In this document: in pieces, positions 28,727-37,017 of the stretch | How positions within the stretch are numbered: the stretch's first letter is position 1 | How the letters are laid out: the number at the start of each line of letters is the position of its first letter | Source of the DNA: an uncultured Candidatus Saccharibacteria bacterium | GTDB lineage: Bacteria; Patescibacteriota; Minisyncoccia; Phycocordibacterales; UBA12088 | DNA: 64,000 nucleotides | Reading direction: 5' to 3' | Assembly (NCBI GenBank): GCA_964562615.1 | Contig: CAZLUD010000001.1 | Location: 257,072-321,071 of the forward strand | Translations under genes and position numbers: made by a program | Notes under the pieces: model-generated | Databases searched by the model: none | What the model saw: the letters and a program-made list of their open reading frames with translations, nothing else | What the model was told of the DNA's origin: nothing

Positions 28727-29266
28727 TTACGCCTTGAGTGGAAGACCGAGGTAACGAAGAAATGCTTCTGCCTCTTTCTTTGTCTTTGCGGTAGTAGTGA
28801 GGGTAATCGCAAGACCAAATACATCTCGTAGGTCTTCATCAGCAGTCTCAGGAAATACCGTATGCTCTTTGATACCAATGGTGTAGTTGCCCATGTCATC
28901 AACAGCCGTCTTTGGAAGCCCTCTGAAGTCACGAGTACGTGGAAGCGCGATGTGTATAACCTTATCAACAAATTCCTTCATTCTGTCACCTCTAAGGGTT
29001 ACCTTAAAGCCGATAATCTGACCCTTTCTTGATTTAAATGAAGCAATCGCCTGCTTTGCCTGTGTTGGTGCTGGCTTTTGACCAGTGATGCGAGTAAGTC
29101 TATCAATGATAGTGGCAATCTTTGCCTTATCGGTTATTTTACCTACCCCAGAAGAGATAGTAACTTTAACCAAGCGTGGCGCTTGCATCTTGTTGGTATA
29201 GCCGTGCGCATCCTTAAGCGCAGCATAGGCAGTGTCCAATTTTTCTTTTGTTTTTACGAATGCCAT
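28727..29266 (-). CDS. rplE: 50S ribosomal protein L5
   Basis: ITGQKP, KVTLRG, LPRTRDFRG motifs. Confidence 0.96.
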   Translation of the reverse strand: MAFVKTKEKLDTAYAALKDAHGYTNKMQAPRLVKVTISSGVGKITDKAKIATIIDRLTRITGQKPAPTQAKQAIASFKSRKGQIIGFKVTLRGDRMKEFVDKVIHIALPRTRDFRGLPKTAVDDMGNYTIGIKEHTVFPETADEDLRDVFGLAITLTTTAKTKKEAEAFLRYLGLPLKA

Positions 29267-29271
29267 ATAAT

Positions 29272-29502
29272 TTACTTTGCTTTCTTATCAGTAGCTTTGA
29301 CATTTGAGACGTGTATAGGAAACGCCTTCTCTATTACCTGTCCGGTGCTACTTCCCGATCGCGCCTTTCGGTGCTTCTTTTTCATATTAATACCATCGAT
29401 GAGCACCATGTCATCTTTAATGAACACACGTGATATTACTCCAGACTTTCCTTTGTCTGCCCCTGCAATCACGGCTACTTTGTCTCCTTTTTTTACATGC
29501 AT
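29272..29502 (-). CDS. rplX: 50S ribosomal protein L24 (short)
   Basis: VKKGDKVAVIAGADKGKSG, PIHVSNV; 76 aa. Confidence 0.92.
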   Translation of the reverse strand: MHVKKGDKVAVIAGADKGKSGVISRVFIKDDMVLIDGINMKKKHRKARSGSSTGQVIEKAFPIHVSNVKATDKKAK

Positions 29503-29503
29503 A

Positions 29504-29872
29504 TTAGAGGACTTCAGCGGCAAGGTTGATAATCTTTGAAAATCCTTTTTCAGAAAGCTCTCGAGGTATTGGACCGAACACACGGTTTGCGCGTGGCTCA
29601 TTCTTTGCGTCAATCACCACAATCGCATTATCATCAAATCGAATGTATGATCCATCCTTTCTTCGAAACGCTTTTGTTTGGCGAACTACCACACCGCGTA
29701 CTACCTCCTTTTTCTTGAGCATTTTGCGTGGCTCTGCGGTTTGAATTGAAGCAACCACAATATCTCCTATTTGTGCGTAGCGACGCTTTGATCCTCCGAG
29801 CACCTTGAAAATACGAGCAACTTTTGCTCCTGAGTTATCGGTGACCATTACTATTGAAAGTGGTTGCAACAT
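29504..29872 (-). CDS. rplN: 50S ribosomal protein L14
   Basis: DNSGAK, IRFDDNA, RVFGP motifs. Confidence 0.96.
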   Translation of the reverse strand: MLQPLSIVMVTDNSGAKVARIFKVLGGSKRRYAQIGDIVVASIQTAEPRKMLKKKEVVRGVVVRQTKAFRRKDGSYIRFDDNAIVVIDAKNEPRANRVFGPIPRELSEKGFSKIINLAAEVL

Positions 29873-29879
29873 AAATGTA

Positions 29880-30134
29880 TTATACGACCTTAAAATGCTT
29901 GGTCTTACTGATTGGACGAGTCTCTTCTATTAAGACCTTTTCTCCCTCTGCCTTTGTGTTACCAGCATCATGCGCGTGAAATTTCTTCACTTGCTTAATG
30001 AACTTTTGGTACCGAGGGTGCTTTACATATCGGGTTACTGCAACAGTCACAGTATCCTTCATTTTTGCACTAGTCACCACACCGCTAAGTCGGCGTGATT
30101 TCTTTGTTTCCTGTTGTGTTGTTTTGTCGGTCAT
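29880..30134 (-). CDS. rpsQ: 30S ribosomal protein S17
   Basis: GVVTSAKMKDT, ETRPISKTK motifs. Confidence 0.95.
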   Translation of the reverse strand: MTDKTTQQETKKSRRLSGVVTSAKMKDTVTVAVTRYVKHPRYQKFIKQVKKFHAHDAGNTKAEGEKVLIEETRPISKTKHFKVV

Positions 30135-30136
30135 AA

Positions 30137-30328
30137 TTATTGAAGCTCTCTTCGTCGAAGCTCGGTAAGGATTCGTGCAATGCCCTTTCGTGCTACTGAC
30201 GCCTCCTTTACGTTTTTGGTACCAGCACCTGCAATGCCGAATCGGAATGTACGCACTACCTCCCTTTTCTCTGCAAGCTCCTTTTTTAGGTCTTCTATTT
30301 TTTTGTCGATTGTATTGATCTTGGCCAT
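30137..30328 (-). CDS. rpmC: 50S ribosomal protein L29
   Basis: RKGIARILTEL motif; operon position. Confidence 0.9.
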   Translation of the reverse strand: MAKINTIDKKIEDLKKELAEKREVVRTFRFGIAGAGTKNVKEASVARKGIARILTELRRRELQ

Positions 30329-30338
30329 ACTACACAAA

Positions 30339-30758
30339 TTATGCTCTTACGACAAATCGTGCCTTGAGAGGAAGTTTTGCAGCTCCCTTTCTAAGAGCTT
30401 CCTGAGCTACCGCTTCGGTAACACCATCAAGCTCAAAGAGCACGCGTCCTGGCCATACCTGGAACTCAAATCCCTGCGCATCACCTTTTCCCTTACCCAT
30501 ACCTACCTCTGCCGCCTTTTGAGTCCATGGTCTGTCTGGGAAGATGCGGATCCACACCCTACCATTTTTACCCATAGCGCGCGAGATGGTTCGGCGAGCG
30601 GCTTCGATGTGATTAGAACGAATGCGTGCAGAGGTGGTAGCCTTCATGCCGTACTGACCAAAAGCTATGGTAGTACCACGTGACTCTTTCACGTTTTTAG
30701 CAGGATTTACTCGATCTCGCTGCCACTTTCTGTGTTTTATCTTTTTAGGAAATAACAT
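30339..30758 (-). CDS. rplP: 50S ribosomal protein L16
   Basis: IEAARR, WIRIFPD, MGKGKG motifs. Confidence 0.96.
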   Translation of the reverse strand: MLFPKKIKHRKWQRDRVNPAKNVKESRGTTIAFGQYGMKATTSARIRSNHIEAARRTISRAMGKNGRVWIRIFPDRPWTQKAAEVGMGKGKGDAQGFEFQVWPGRVLFELDGVTEAVAQEALRKGAAKLPLKARFVVRA

Positions 30759-30768
30759 ACAAATGAAT

Positions 30769-31452
30769 TTATGCGCGATTTTGTCCTTCTTCCATCTCAA
30801 ACACTTCACCTCGGTATATCCATACCTTTACTCCGGTAAGTCCAGTGTAAGGAAGGTACGCCTCATCATGCGCGTAGTCTACGTCAGCACGGAGAGTGGT
30901 AAGTGGAATTCGTCCCTTCTTAATAGACTCCTTTCGTGCCATCTCTGAACCACCAACGCGTCCCTTTACCATGATGCGCACACCCTCAACCTCACGGTTA
31001 GCCATTACCTTTTCAGTAACTTGCTTGAGTACACGTCTAAATGGCATCTTTTTCTCAAGCTGCTCTGCTACCATGTAGGCGACAATCGCTGCGTTGCTCT
31101 CAGGATTTTTTACTTCCTCAACATCGAGTTTTATTTCAGGAACATTTGCAATGTTAGCCTTTTTGATTACTTTAGCAATCTCCTTTTTAAGAAGGGTAGC
31201 TCCTTCGCCGCTTCTTCCAATTACTAGTCCTGGGCGTGATGTCTTTATCAAAATTCGGTATGCCGCTTGTGTGCGCTCAGTCTCGATACCTGCGATATAC
31301 ATACCGCGCAATCGCTTCTTAAGAAACTCACGAATAAGCGTGTCCATCTTAAGCTGAGCAACATACTCCTTTTTTGAAGGAGAAAACCACCTCGCCTTCC
31401 AATCGCGGATGATACCAAGTCTATGTGAATATGGATGGACTACGTGGGTCAT
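30769..31452 (-). CDS. rpsC: 30S ribosomal protein S3
   Basis: RPGLVIGR, GRIPLTTLRADVDY, GVKVWIY motifs. Confidence 0.96.
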   Translation of the reverse strand: MTHVVHPYSHRLGIIRDWKARWFSPSKKEYVAQLKMDTLIREFLKKRLRGMYIAGIETERTQAAYRILIKTSRPGLVIGRSGEGATLLKKEIAKVIKKANIANVPEIKLDVEEVKNPESNAAIVAYMVAEQLEKKMPFRRVLKQVTEKVMANREVEGVRIMVKGRVGGSEMARKESIKKGRIPLTTLRADVDYAHDEAYLPYTGLTGVKVWIYRGEVFEMEEGQNRA

Positions 31453-31459
31453 ATAGTGA

Positions 31460-31855
31460 TTATGCTTCGTTAACGACGGGCTTTTTAGCTTTCTTAGTGG
31501 TTGCCTTTTTTACTGCAGGCGCTTCCTTTCTTTCACCAAGCTCGAGTCTGATGTGGCTTGATTCCTTGTGAATTCGTGAAGCTCGTCCTCTAGCGCGAGG
31601 CATCATACGCTGCAAGGTAATACCCTTATCTACTGAGATAGTTTTTATGAAAAGATCCTCAGTTTTGATTCCCTCATCAATAACCTTCGCGTTTGCTACC
31701 GCAGACTCAATAAGCTTCTGCATAGGGAGTGCCGCGCGCTTAGATACAAATGAAAGCTCCTTAACGGCAACCGCTACGTTTTTACCTCGCACCATATCAG
31801 CAAGAAGACGTACTTTTCTTGGTGCCTGACGATAATTTTTAAGGAAAGCCTTCAT
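31460..31855 (-). CDS. rplV: 50S ribosomal protein L22
   Basis: PRKVRL, SAVANA, PRARGRA motifs. Confidence 0.95.
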   Translation of the reverse strand: MKAFLKNYRQAPRKVRLLADMVRGKNVAVAVKELSFVSKRAALPMQKLIESAVANAKVIDEGIKTEDLFIKTISVDKGITLQRMMPRARGRASRIHKESSHIRLELGERKEAPAVKKATTKKAKKPVVNEA

Positions 31856-31860
31856 AGGAA

Positions 31861-32202
31861 TTATTTAGATGCCGTTACTGCCCCCTTGGCTGCCTTTGCT
31901 GCCTGAATTTCTGACTCTTTCTTCTTTGTGTCTAGTTCTTTCTGGATCTTTCCTCCGTGTCGTACGAACTTCTTTGTTGGAGAAAATTCACCTAGTCTGT
32001 GTCCCACCATTTCTTCTGTAACCAAGACTGGTAGGTGTGCCTTTCCGTTGTGGACACCAAAAGTAAAGCCAACCATCTCTGGTGAGATCATTGAATCACG
32101 TGCCCACGTCTTAACAACCCCCGCGTCTCGTGGGCTTTTGCCGGCAATCTTTTTCAAGAGCCGATCATATACGTATGGACCTTTTTTAAGCGAACGTGTC
32201 AT
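31861..32202 (-). CDS. rpsS: 30S ribosomal protein S19
   Basis: [19 protein letters not shown] motifs. Confidence 0.96.
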   Translation of the reverse strand: MTRSLKKGPYVYDRLLKKIAGKSPRDAGVVKTWARDSMISPEMVGFTFGVHNGKAHLPVLVTEEMVGHRLGEFSPTKKFVRHGGKIQKELDTKKKESEIQAAKAAKGAVTASK

Positions 32203-32239
32203 GTAAGTAAAGAAAAGCGCTCATCCGAGCGTCCGGTAG

Positions 32240-32268
32240 ATACTATGCGAATACTCATTAATTGTCAA
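32240..32268 (-). promoter_or_regulatory. Internal promoter upstream of rpsS
   Basis: TTGACA-N17-TAGTAT. Confidence 0.65.
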
Positions 32269-32316
32269 ACTAAACTAACACCAAACCACACAAAAACCCT
32301 ACATTCTCACATCACA

Positions 32317-33174
32317 TTACCGCTTCTTGCCAACCTTTCGGCGAGATACGATAAGTTTGTTTGAATACTTTTTAGGCGTTCTTGATTTCTGACCCTTTCC
32401 TGTAGGCTTGCCCCACAGAGAACGAGCTCGGCGATGACCTCTTCCGCCCTTTCCTTCGCCTCCACCGTGTGGGTGGTCGACTGGGTTCATGGCTGAACCA
32501 CGAACCGTAGGACGAATACCAAGCCATCGTGATCTACCCGCCTTACCAAGATTCTGAAGGCGGTACTCTGGGTTAGAAACCTCACCAACAGATGCCCATG
32601 CCTCAGAAAGGACTTTTCGGACTTCAGTTGATGGCATTTTTAGGAATGTATATCCAGCATCTTGACCAATTACCTCAATAAAGTTGCCAGCGCTTCGAGC
32701 AAGACGCGCCCCCGCTCCTGGTTGAATCTCTACATTGTAGATAAATGTTCCTACTGGAATATTTTTTAGAGGAAGACGATTGCCCACTTTAACCTTTGCC
32801 TTCTCTGAAGCAATTATTTCGTCACCTACTGCTAGGTGTGATGGAGCAAGTATGTATGCTCGAGCACCGTCAGCATAGCAAACAAGCGCAATAAAGCCTG
32901 ATCGGTACGGATCGTACTCAATAGTCTCTATTTTTGCTGGAATATCTCTCTTTGCATAGGTAAAATCTATTGCTCTGTGTAGCTTTTTGTGACCTCCGCC
33001 CTTGTGTCGGGTAGAAATTCTTCCTCCCGCTCTTCCTACACCTTGTGAGCCTCCCTTGGTGAGCTTCTTGTGTGGTTCAGTAGCAGTAATAACTCCCTTA
33101 TAGCGAACCACGCTCATATGCCGACGAGAAGGTGTTACTGGTTTATACTTTTTTACCGATGATCTATCAGCCAT
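32317..33174 (-). CDS. rplB: 50S ribosomal protein L2
   Basis: MNPVDHPHGGGEG motif. Confidence 0.97.
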   Translation of the reverse strand: MADRSSVKKYKPVTPSRRHMSVVRYKGVITATEPHKKLTKGGSQGVGRAGGRISTRHKGGGHKKLHRAIDFTYAKRDIPAKIETIEYDPYRSGFIALVCYADGARAYILAPSHLAVGDEIIASEKAKVKVGNRLPLKNIPVGTFIYNVEIQPGAGARLARSAGNFIEVIGQDAGYTFLKMPSTEVRKVLSEAWASVGEVSNPEYRLQNLGKAGRSRWLGIRPTVRGSAMNPVDHPHGGGEGKGGRGHRRARSLWGKPTGKGQKSRTPKKYSNKLIVSRRKVGKKR

Positions 33175-33179
33175 AATGA

Positions 33180-33557
33180 TTATATAAGTTCAATTTTATC
33201 CCCCTTCTTGAGGTATACGTACGCTTTCTTAAACGCCTTTGACTTTCCACTTACTCCACGAAGCATCTTGGTGATGTTTTGCTGCTTCATACGTACAGTA
33301 TGAATCTTGACTGGAGTTACCTTAAAGAGGTGTGTTATTGCCTTTCCTATATCTATCTTAGATGCGTCTATCGCAACCTCAAATACGTACACTCCCTTCT
33401 CTGCGCTGTAGGTAGCCTTTTCAGTAATGCGAGGTCTGCGGATAACCTGCGAGAGGTCGATACCCTTTTTAGTAAGGCTTGCGCGTGTAGTGCTCTTTAC
33501 CACCTCCTTCTTAGGAGTGTCTACCGCTTTTTCTTTTTTTGTTCCGAATATGGCCAT
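33180..33557 (-). CDS. rplW: 50S ribosomal protein L23
   Basis: PRITEKA, KKAYVYL motifs. Confidence 0.94.
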   Translation of the reverse strand: MAIFGTKKEKAVDTPKKEVVKSTTRASLTKKGIDLSQVIRRPRITEKATYSAEKGVYVFEVAIDASKIDIGKAITHLFKVTPVKIHTVRMKQQNITKMLRGVSGKSKAFKKAYVYLKKGDKIELI

Positions 33558-33562
33558 ACTAA

Positions 33563-34240
33563 TTATTTATCCTTGGTGACCGACAATTTTGCTTCAAGTG
33601 TTGAAATAGCGTTTTCTGCACCTACCACTACGACAAACTTATGGGTAAGTACATCAAGCACGTTAAGATTGCGGACTTCCTCTACTTCTACATTGCCAAA
33701 GTTACCAAAGCTTTTCTTTATGAAATCATTTTTTTCAGCAATAGCAACAAGGGCGGCATTTTTCTTTTTAGTTGCAAGATGCTCAAACCCCTTTACTGAA
33801 GCAAGAGCGAGTAGTAGATCCTTTGCTTCCTTAGTCTTTGGAGCGTTAAGTGAAAATTCGTCAACAAAGATAAGTTCACCGTCTTGATACTTTTGAGAAA
33901 GTGCAGTAAAGAGAGCCTTTACACGCATTTTCTTGTTTACTTTCTGTGAATAGTCCTTTTCGTTTCGAGGACCGTGTGCGATACCTCCCCCCTTCCATAT
34001 TGGAGATCTAATAGAACCATGGCGCGCTTGACCAGTACCCTTTTGCTTCCAAGGCTTTCTTCCTCCTCCGCGAACCTCGCTTCTGTCTTTGGTGTGAGCG
34101 GTAGAATTGCGAGCGTTAGCCTGTACTGCAAGCACTACCTGGTGCACAAGGTCGGCATTCCATGGCAAGCCGAACACGCTCTCGGGAAGTGTTACCTTTC
34201 CTGCTTCTTTCGCTTGCTTGTTGTATACGAGAGCTTCCAT
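33563..34240 (-). CDS. rplD: 50S ribosomal protein L4
   Basis: RGGGRKPWKQKGTGQARHGS motif. Confidence 0.96.
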   Translation of the reverse strand: MEALVYNKQAKEAGKVTLPESVFGLPWNADLVHQVVLAVQANARNSTAHTKDRSEVRGGGRKPWKQKGTGQARHGSIRSPIWKGGGIAHGPRNEKDYSQKVNKKMRVKALFTALSQKYQDGELIFVDEFSLNAPKTKEAKDLLLALASVKGFEHLATKKKNAALVAIAEKNDFIKKSFGNFGNVEVEEVRNLNVLDVLTHKFVVVVGAENAISTLEAKLSVTKDK

Positions 34241-34245
34241 AGTAA

Positions 34246-34869
34246 TTATGAGGTTTTTCTTATCTCTACAAGTGTGCCTGGTCTTCCTGGTACTGCGCCC
34301 TTAAGGTACAGCTTTCCTGCATCACTATCAATAGCAACCACAGTTAGGTTCTTTACTGTAACCCTATCAGAACCCATTCTTCCTGGCATTTTTCTACCTT
34401 TAAACACCTTTGCAGGGCCCTTTGCACCAATTGAACCAGGAGTACGAAAATCGTGCGCTCGGCCGTGAGAGCTTGGGTGACCTGAAAATCCATGACGCTT
34501 TACCACACCCTGAAAACCCTTTCCTTTTGTGGTTGCAGACACGGTAACCACATCACCTTCTTTGAGCATATCTGCGAGGGTAAGTACATCGCCAACGTTC
34601 ACATCAGCAGGTGCGTCATTTTTCATTCTGAACTCTACAAGATGTTCAAATGGGCCCTTTCCCTTAAGATGTCCCATTTCTGCCTTATTTACCTTTCTCT
34701 CTGCTTTAGTACCAAAACCAACCTGAATGGCGCTGTAGCCATCCTTTTCTGTGGTGCGGACTGCGGTAACGGTAACTGATGGTGCATACAGCACCGTAGA
34801 AGGGTGTACTTCACCCCCTTTACCGAATATCTGAGTCATTTTTTCTTTTTTTCCGAGTAGGAATTGCAT
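34246..34869 (-). CDS. rplC: 50S ribosomal protein L3
   Basis: KGKGFQGVVKRHGF, KMPGRMG motifs; start ATG 34869. Confidence 0.96.
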   Translation of the reverse strand: MQFLLGKKEKMTQIFGKGGEVHPSTVLYAPSVTVTAVRTTEKDGYSAIQVGFGTKAERKVNKAEMGHLKGKGPFEHLVEFRMKNDAPADVNVGDVLTLADMLKEGDVVTVSATTKGKGFQGVVKRHGFSGHPSSHGRAHDFRTPGSIGAKGPAKVFKGRKMPGRMGSDRVTVKNLTVVAIDSDAGKLYLKGAVPGRPGTLVEIRKTS

Positions 34870-34884
34870 GTGAAATATATTGGC

Positions 34885-34990
34885 ACAAAAAAACCCGTGC
34901 TGGACGGATGATTGCCTTACAAAAGGCATTCCTGTCCAGTGGTCCCTCTCAATACCTCTATTGGGGACATGGGACTTCTATATGAGAAGT
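34885..34990 (-). promoter_or_regulatory. Structured 5' leader of rplC (candidate ribosomal-protein leader)
   Basis: Three hairpins (34974-34990, 34942-34968, 34900-34939) followed by U7. Confidence 0.5.
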
Positions 34991-35114
34991 GGTCACACTA
35001 TATACGAATATTCAAAAAACACAAATAGTAAGCATGTTGACACACGACTATGTATGTGTTGATATAACATCAGCACATACCCGCACCTCGGGGATCAGGG
35101 GTTTGGAGTTTAAC

Positions 35115-35399
35115 ATGATCACACACGGCTTTTGTCCTATTTGCAATCAATTGGTTGAAGTAGTTGATTCGCATTTTGCACCCGATATTATCGAATCGAT
35201 TGAGGGGTGCTATTCAGTAACTGAACACAAACATGATGGATTGAGTTGCATCGGTACTGGATTATCGCCAAAATCTATCGAGGAAGATGATGATTGGCCG
35301 GAGGATCCACCTCCAGAGCCAAAAAACAATGACCTCGGTCCGGGGGTCGATCCCCTCGGAGAGGAGGAACCTCCTCACAGAAAGAGGATCCTCCCCTAG
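35115..35399 (+). CDS. Orphan small zinc-finger-like protein with acidic/Pro-rich tail
   Basis: GGAG SD; CPIC…H.HDGLSCIGTG; followed by a terminator hairpin at 35404-35430. Confidence 0.6.
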   Translation: MITHGFCPICNQLVEVVDSHFAPDIIESIEGCYSVTEHKHDGLSCIGTGLSPKSIEEDDDWPEDPPPEPKNNDLGPGVDPLGEEEPPHRKRILP

Positions 35400-35412
35400 A
35401 GTGGTGGCCGGT

Positions 35413-35483
35413 GCGAAACGCGCCGGCCACATCTTTTTATACCACTGACAAATTTTCACTTTTTAAAACAACAACACCGCCCT
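35413..35483 (+). repeat. 71-bp direct repeat, copy 1
   Basis: 70/71 identical to 36908-36978. Confidence 0.95.
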
Positions 35484-35638
35484 CGAGCGCCCTTCCCTCC
35501 GCTCCGCAACCCGAGCGAAGATCAAGAAGCTCATACGTGACAATTCAACTCGATCGATGCGTTCAAATTACTTGTGAGCTTCGTACGCCTTACGAGGTGG
35601 TGCGACAGGTGTCGCGGTAGTCAATTTGAGTGCCTTAG

Positions 35639-36115
35639 TTAAAATACATCGCGGGCGATTATTATCATTGTTGAAACCAAGCCAAATAAGAAGAACAGGT
35701 ATGAAATCGGCAGTAGCGCAAGACTATTCTCACAAATTACATTTGCATGTGATGCCAACCATCCCTGAAAATTTCTCTTGAAGACAATTTTTTCATCCAT
35801 TTTTTCAAAAGTTGAACGAAAAAATTCAATATGTCCTTTTTCTTTTTTTACAAAACCTCTTACTATCTCCCGATACAAATCCATAAACCCATCAATCACA
35901 CAAAACAAACCGACCGAAAGAAAGCCAAGCACAAAAAAACATATTGGTGCCACTAATTCAAATCGTATGCTCATTTCGTTGATAAACAACTGGGCATACA
36001 TGGTAACCGCAATAATCAACGCAGAACCATTTGCTTTGAAGGAATATTTAATAACAAGATCATTCAATGGGTCGCGTTTTTCCATGTATTCATTTTTAAC
36101 CGCATTGTTGTTCAT
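35639..36115 (-). CDS. Three-TM hypothetical membrane protein
   Basis: ATG at 36115; ANGSALI TM1, TM2, a polar loop and a C-terminal TM3; AT-rich. Confidence 0.65.
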   Translation of the reverse strand: MNNNAVKNEYMEKRDPLNDLVIKYSFKANGSALIIAVTMYAQLFINEMSIRFELVAPICFFVLGFLSVGLFCVIDGFMDLYREIVRGFVKKEKGHIEFFRSTFEKMDEKIVFKRNFQGWLASHANVICENSLALLPISYLFFLFGLVSTMIIIARDVF

Positions 36116-36125
36116 AAAAAGGTGC

Positions 36126-36197
36126 ACCACGACTTGGGTGAGAAGCTCGCCAGCACCTATGTGTCCGGCAGGGACTTGGTAGTTCCCATTCTGATAC
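36126..36197 (-). pseudogene. Nudix hydrolase remnant
   Basis: YQNGNYQVPAGHIGAGELLTQVVV resembles the first half of a Nudix box; there is no RE..EE and no own start. Confidence 0.5.
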
Positions 36198-36200
36198 TTG

Positions 36201-36779
36201 CTATGTGAATGGATTCTCGATTTCAAATGTAAAAGCCTTGAGAGTTTCCTTGTCGAGCTCGTCGAGAGTCTTGCCGTATTTCTGTTTGTAAATGCCGTTC
36301 ACTGTGTCGAAGATGGCATCCTGATAATCGAATCCGAGCTTTTGTGCAGCAGTTTTTACCACTTCCTCAGAAGAGCCTTCCAGTTCAACGTATGTATCAA
36401 GGAATGGCCATGTATCAATCGCAACCTCGACATCTCCAAGTAACCAAAGTTCGCGTCTGGATTCTTGGTAGGATTTACGCTCACACCCGATCGACTCAAG
36501 AAGTGCAACCGTGTCTCCTAAGTCGTTTACTTCAACGAGGATTTCTTTCTGTCCAGTAATCGTCTTTCCATCGACAGACTTGAGAGTAAGCGTCACTTTG
36601 TTCCCCTCGTCACGAACACGAAGCCATGTATTCGGATCCTGTTTCTCCTTCGGAAGTTCCAGAGTGACACGTCGTTGCATGTATTCTGGACGCACAAGAA
36701 TAGCGCCAAGAGCTTTGAGTGTCTGAGTCAAATCCTCCTTCTGTATATCAAGAAATGTCGCCTCGTATTCTGTCTTCAT
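36201..36779 (-). CDS. CYTH-domain protein (class IV adenylate cyclase / triphosphate tunnel family)
   Basis: N-terminal ExE (EYEA), WLRVRD, TLTLK, RELW, IDTWP..VELEG motifs. Confidence 0.88.
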   Translation of the reverse strand: MKTEYEATFLDIQKEDLTQTLKALGAILVRPEYMQRRVTLELPKEKQDPNTWLRVRDEGNKVTLTLKSVDGKTITGQKEILVEVNDLGDTVALLESIGCERKSYQESRRELWLLGDVEVAIDTWPFLDTYVELEGSSEEVVKTAAQKLGFDYQDAIFDTVNGIYKQKYGKTLDELDKETLKAFTFEIENPFT

Positions 36780-36907
36780 GATGCGATTATATTACAATTC
36801 GAACAGTTAAGGATGTCATTAGGCTATTGATCGATCGGTCTAGTTGTTCGATCAACAACATTCACTCTGAGGAGTGATATTTATTTTACCCTACCGTAGT
36901 GCTACCA

Positions 36908-36978
36908 GCGAAACGCGCCGGCCACATCTTTTTATACCACTGAAAAATTTTCACTTTTTAAAACAACAACACCGCCCT
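36908..36978 (+). repeat. 71-bp direct repeat, copy 2
   Basis: 70/71 identical to 35413-35483. Confidence 0.95.
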
Positions 36979-36998
36979 TTCGGGCGGTGTTGTTGTTT
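36961..36998 (-). terminator. Terminator after rpsJ
   Basis: aaacaacaacaccgccc-tttc-gggcggtgttgttgttt. Confidence 0.8.
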
Positions 36999-37017
36999 GT
37001 CCTCACTTTGTTGTTTG

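Larger units (their letters stand above)
35484..36907. mobile_element. 1.4-kb inserted cassette bounded by 71-bp direct repeats; no recombinase
   Basis: Removing the insert and one repeat copy leaves two intact adjacent terminators. Confidence 0.7.

Noticed and set aside
34885-34990. SRP RNA or 6S RNA
   Set aside because: It lacks the SRP helix-8 GNRA/AGCAG motif and is too short for 6S; it is kept only as a leader candidate.
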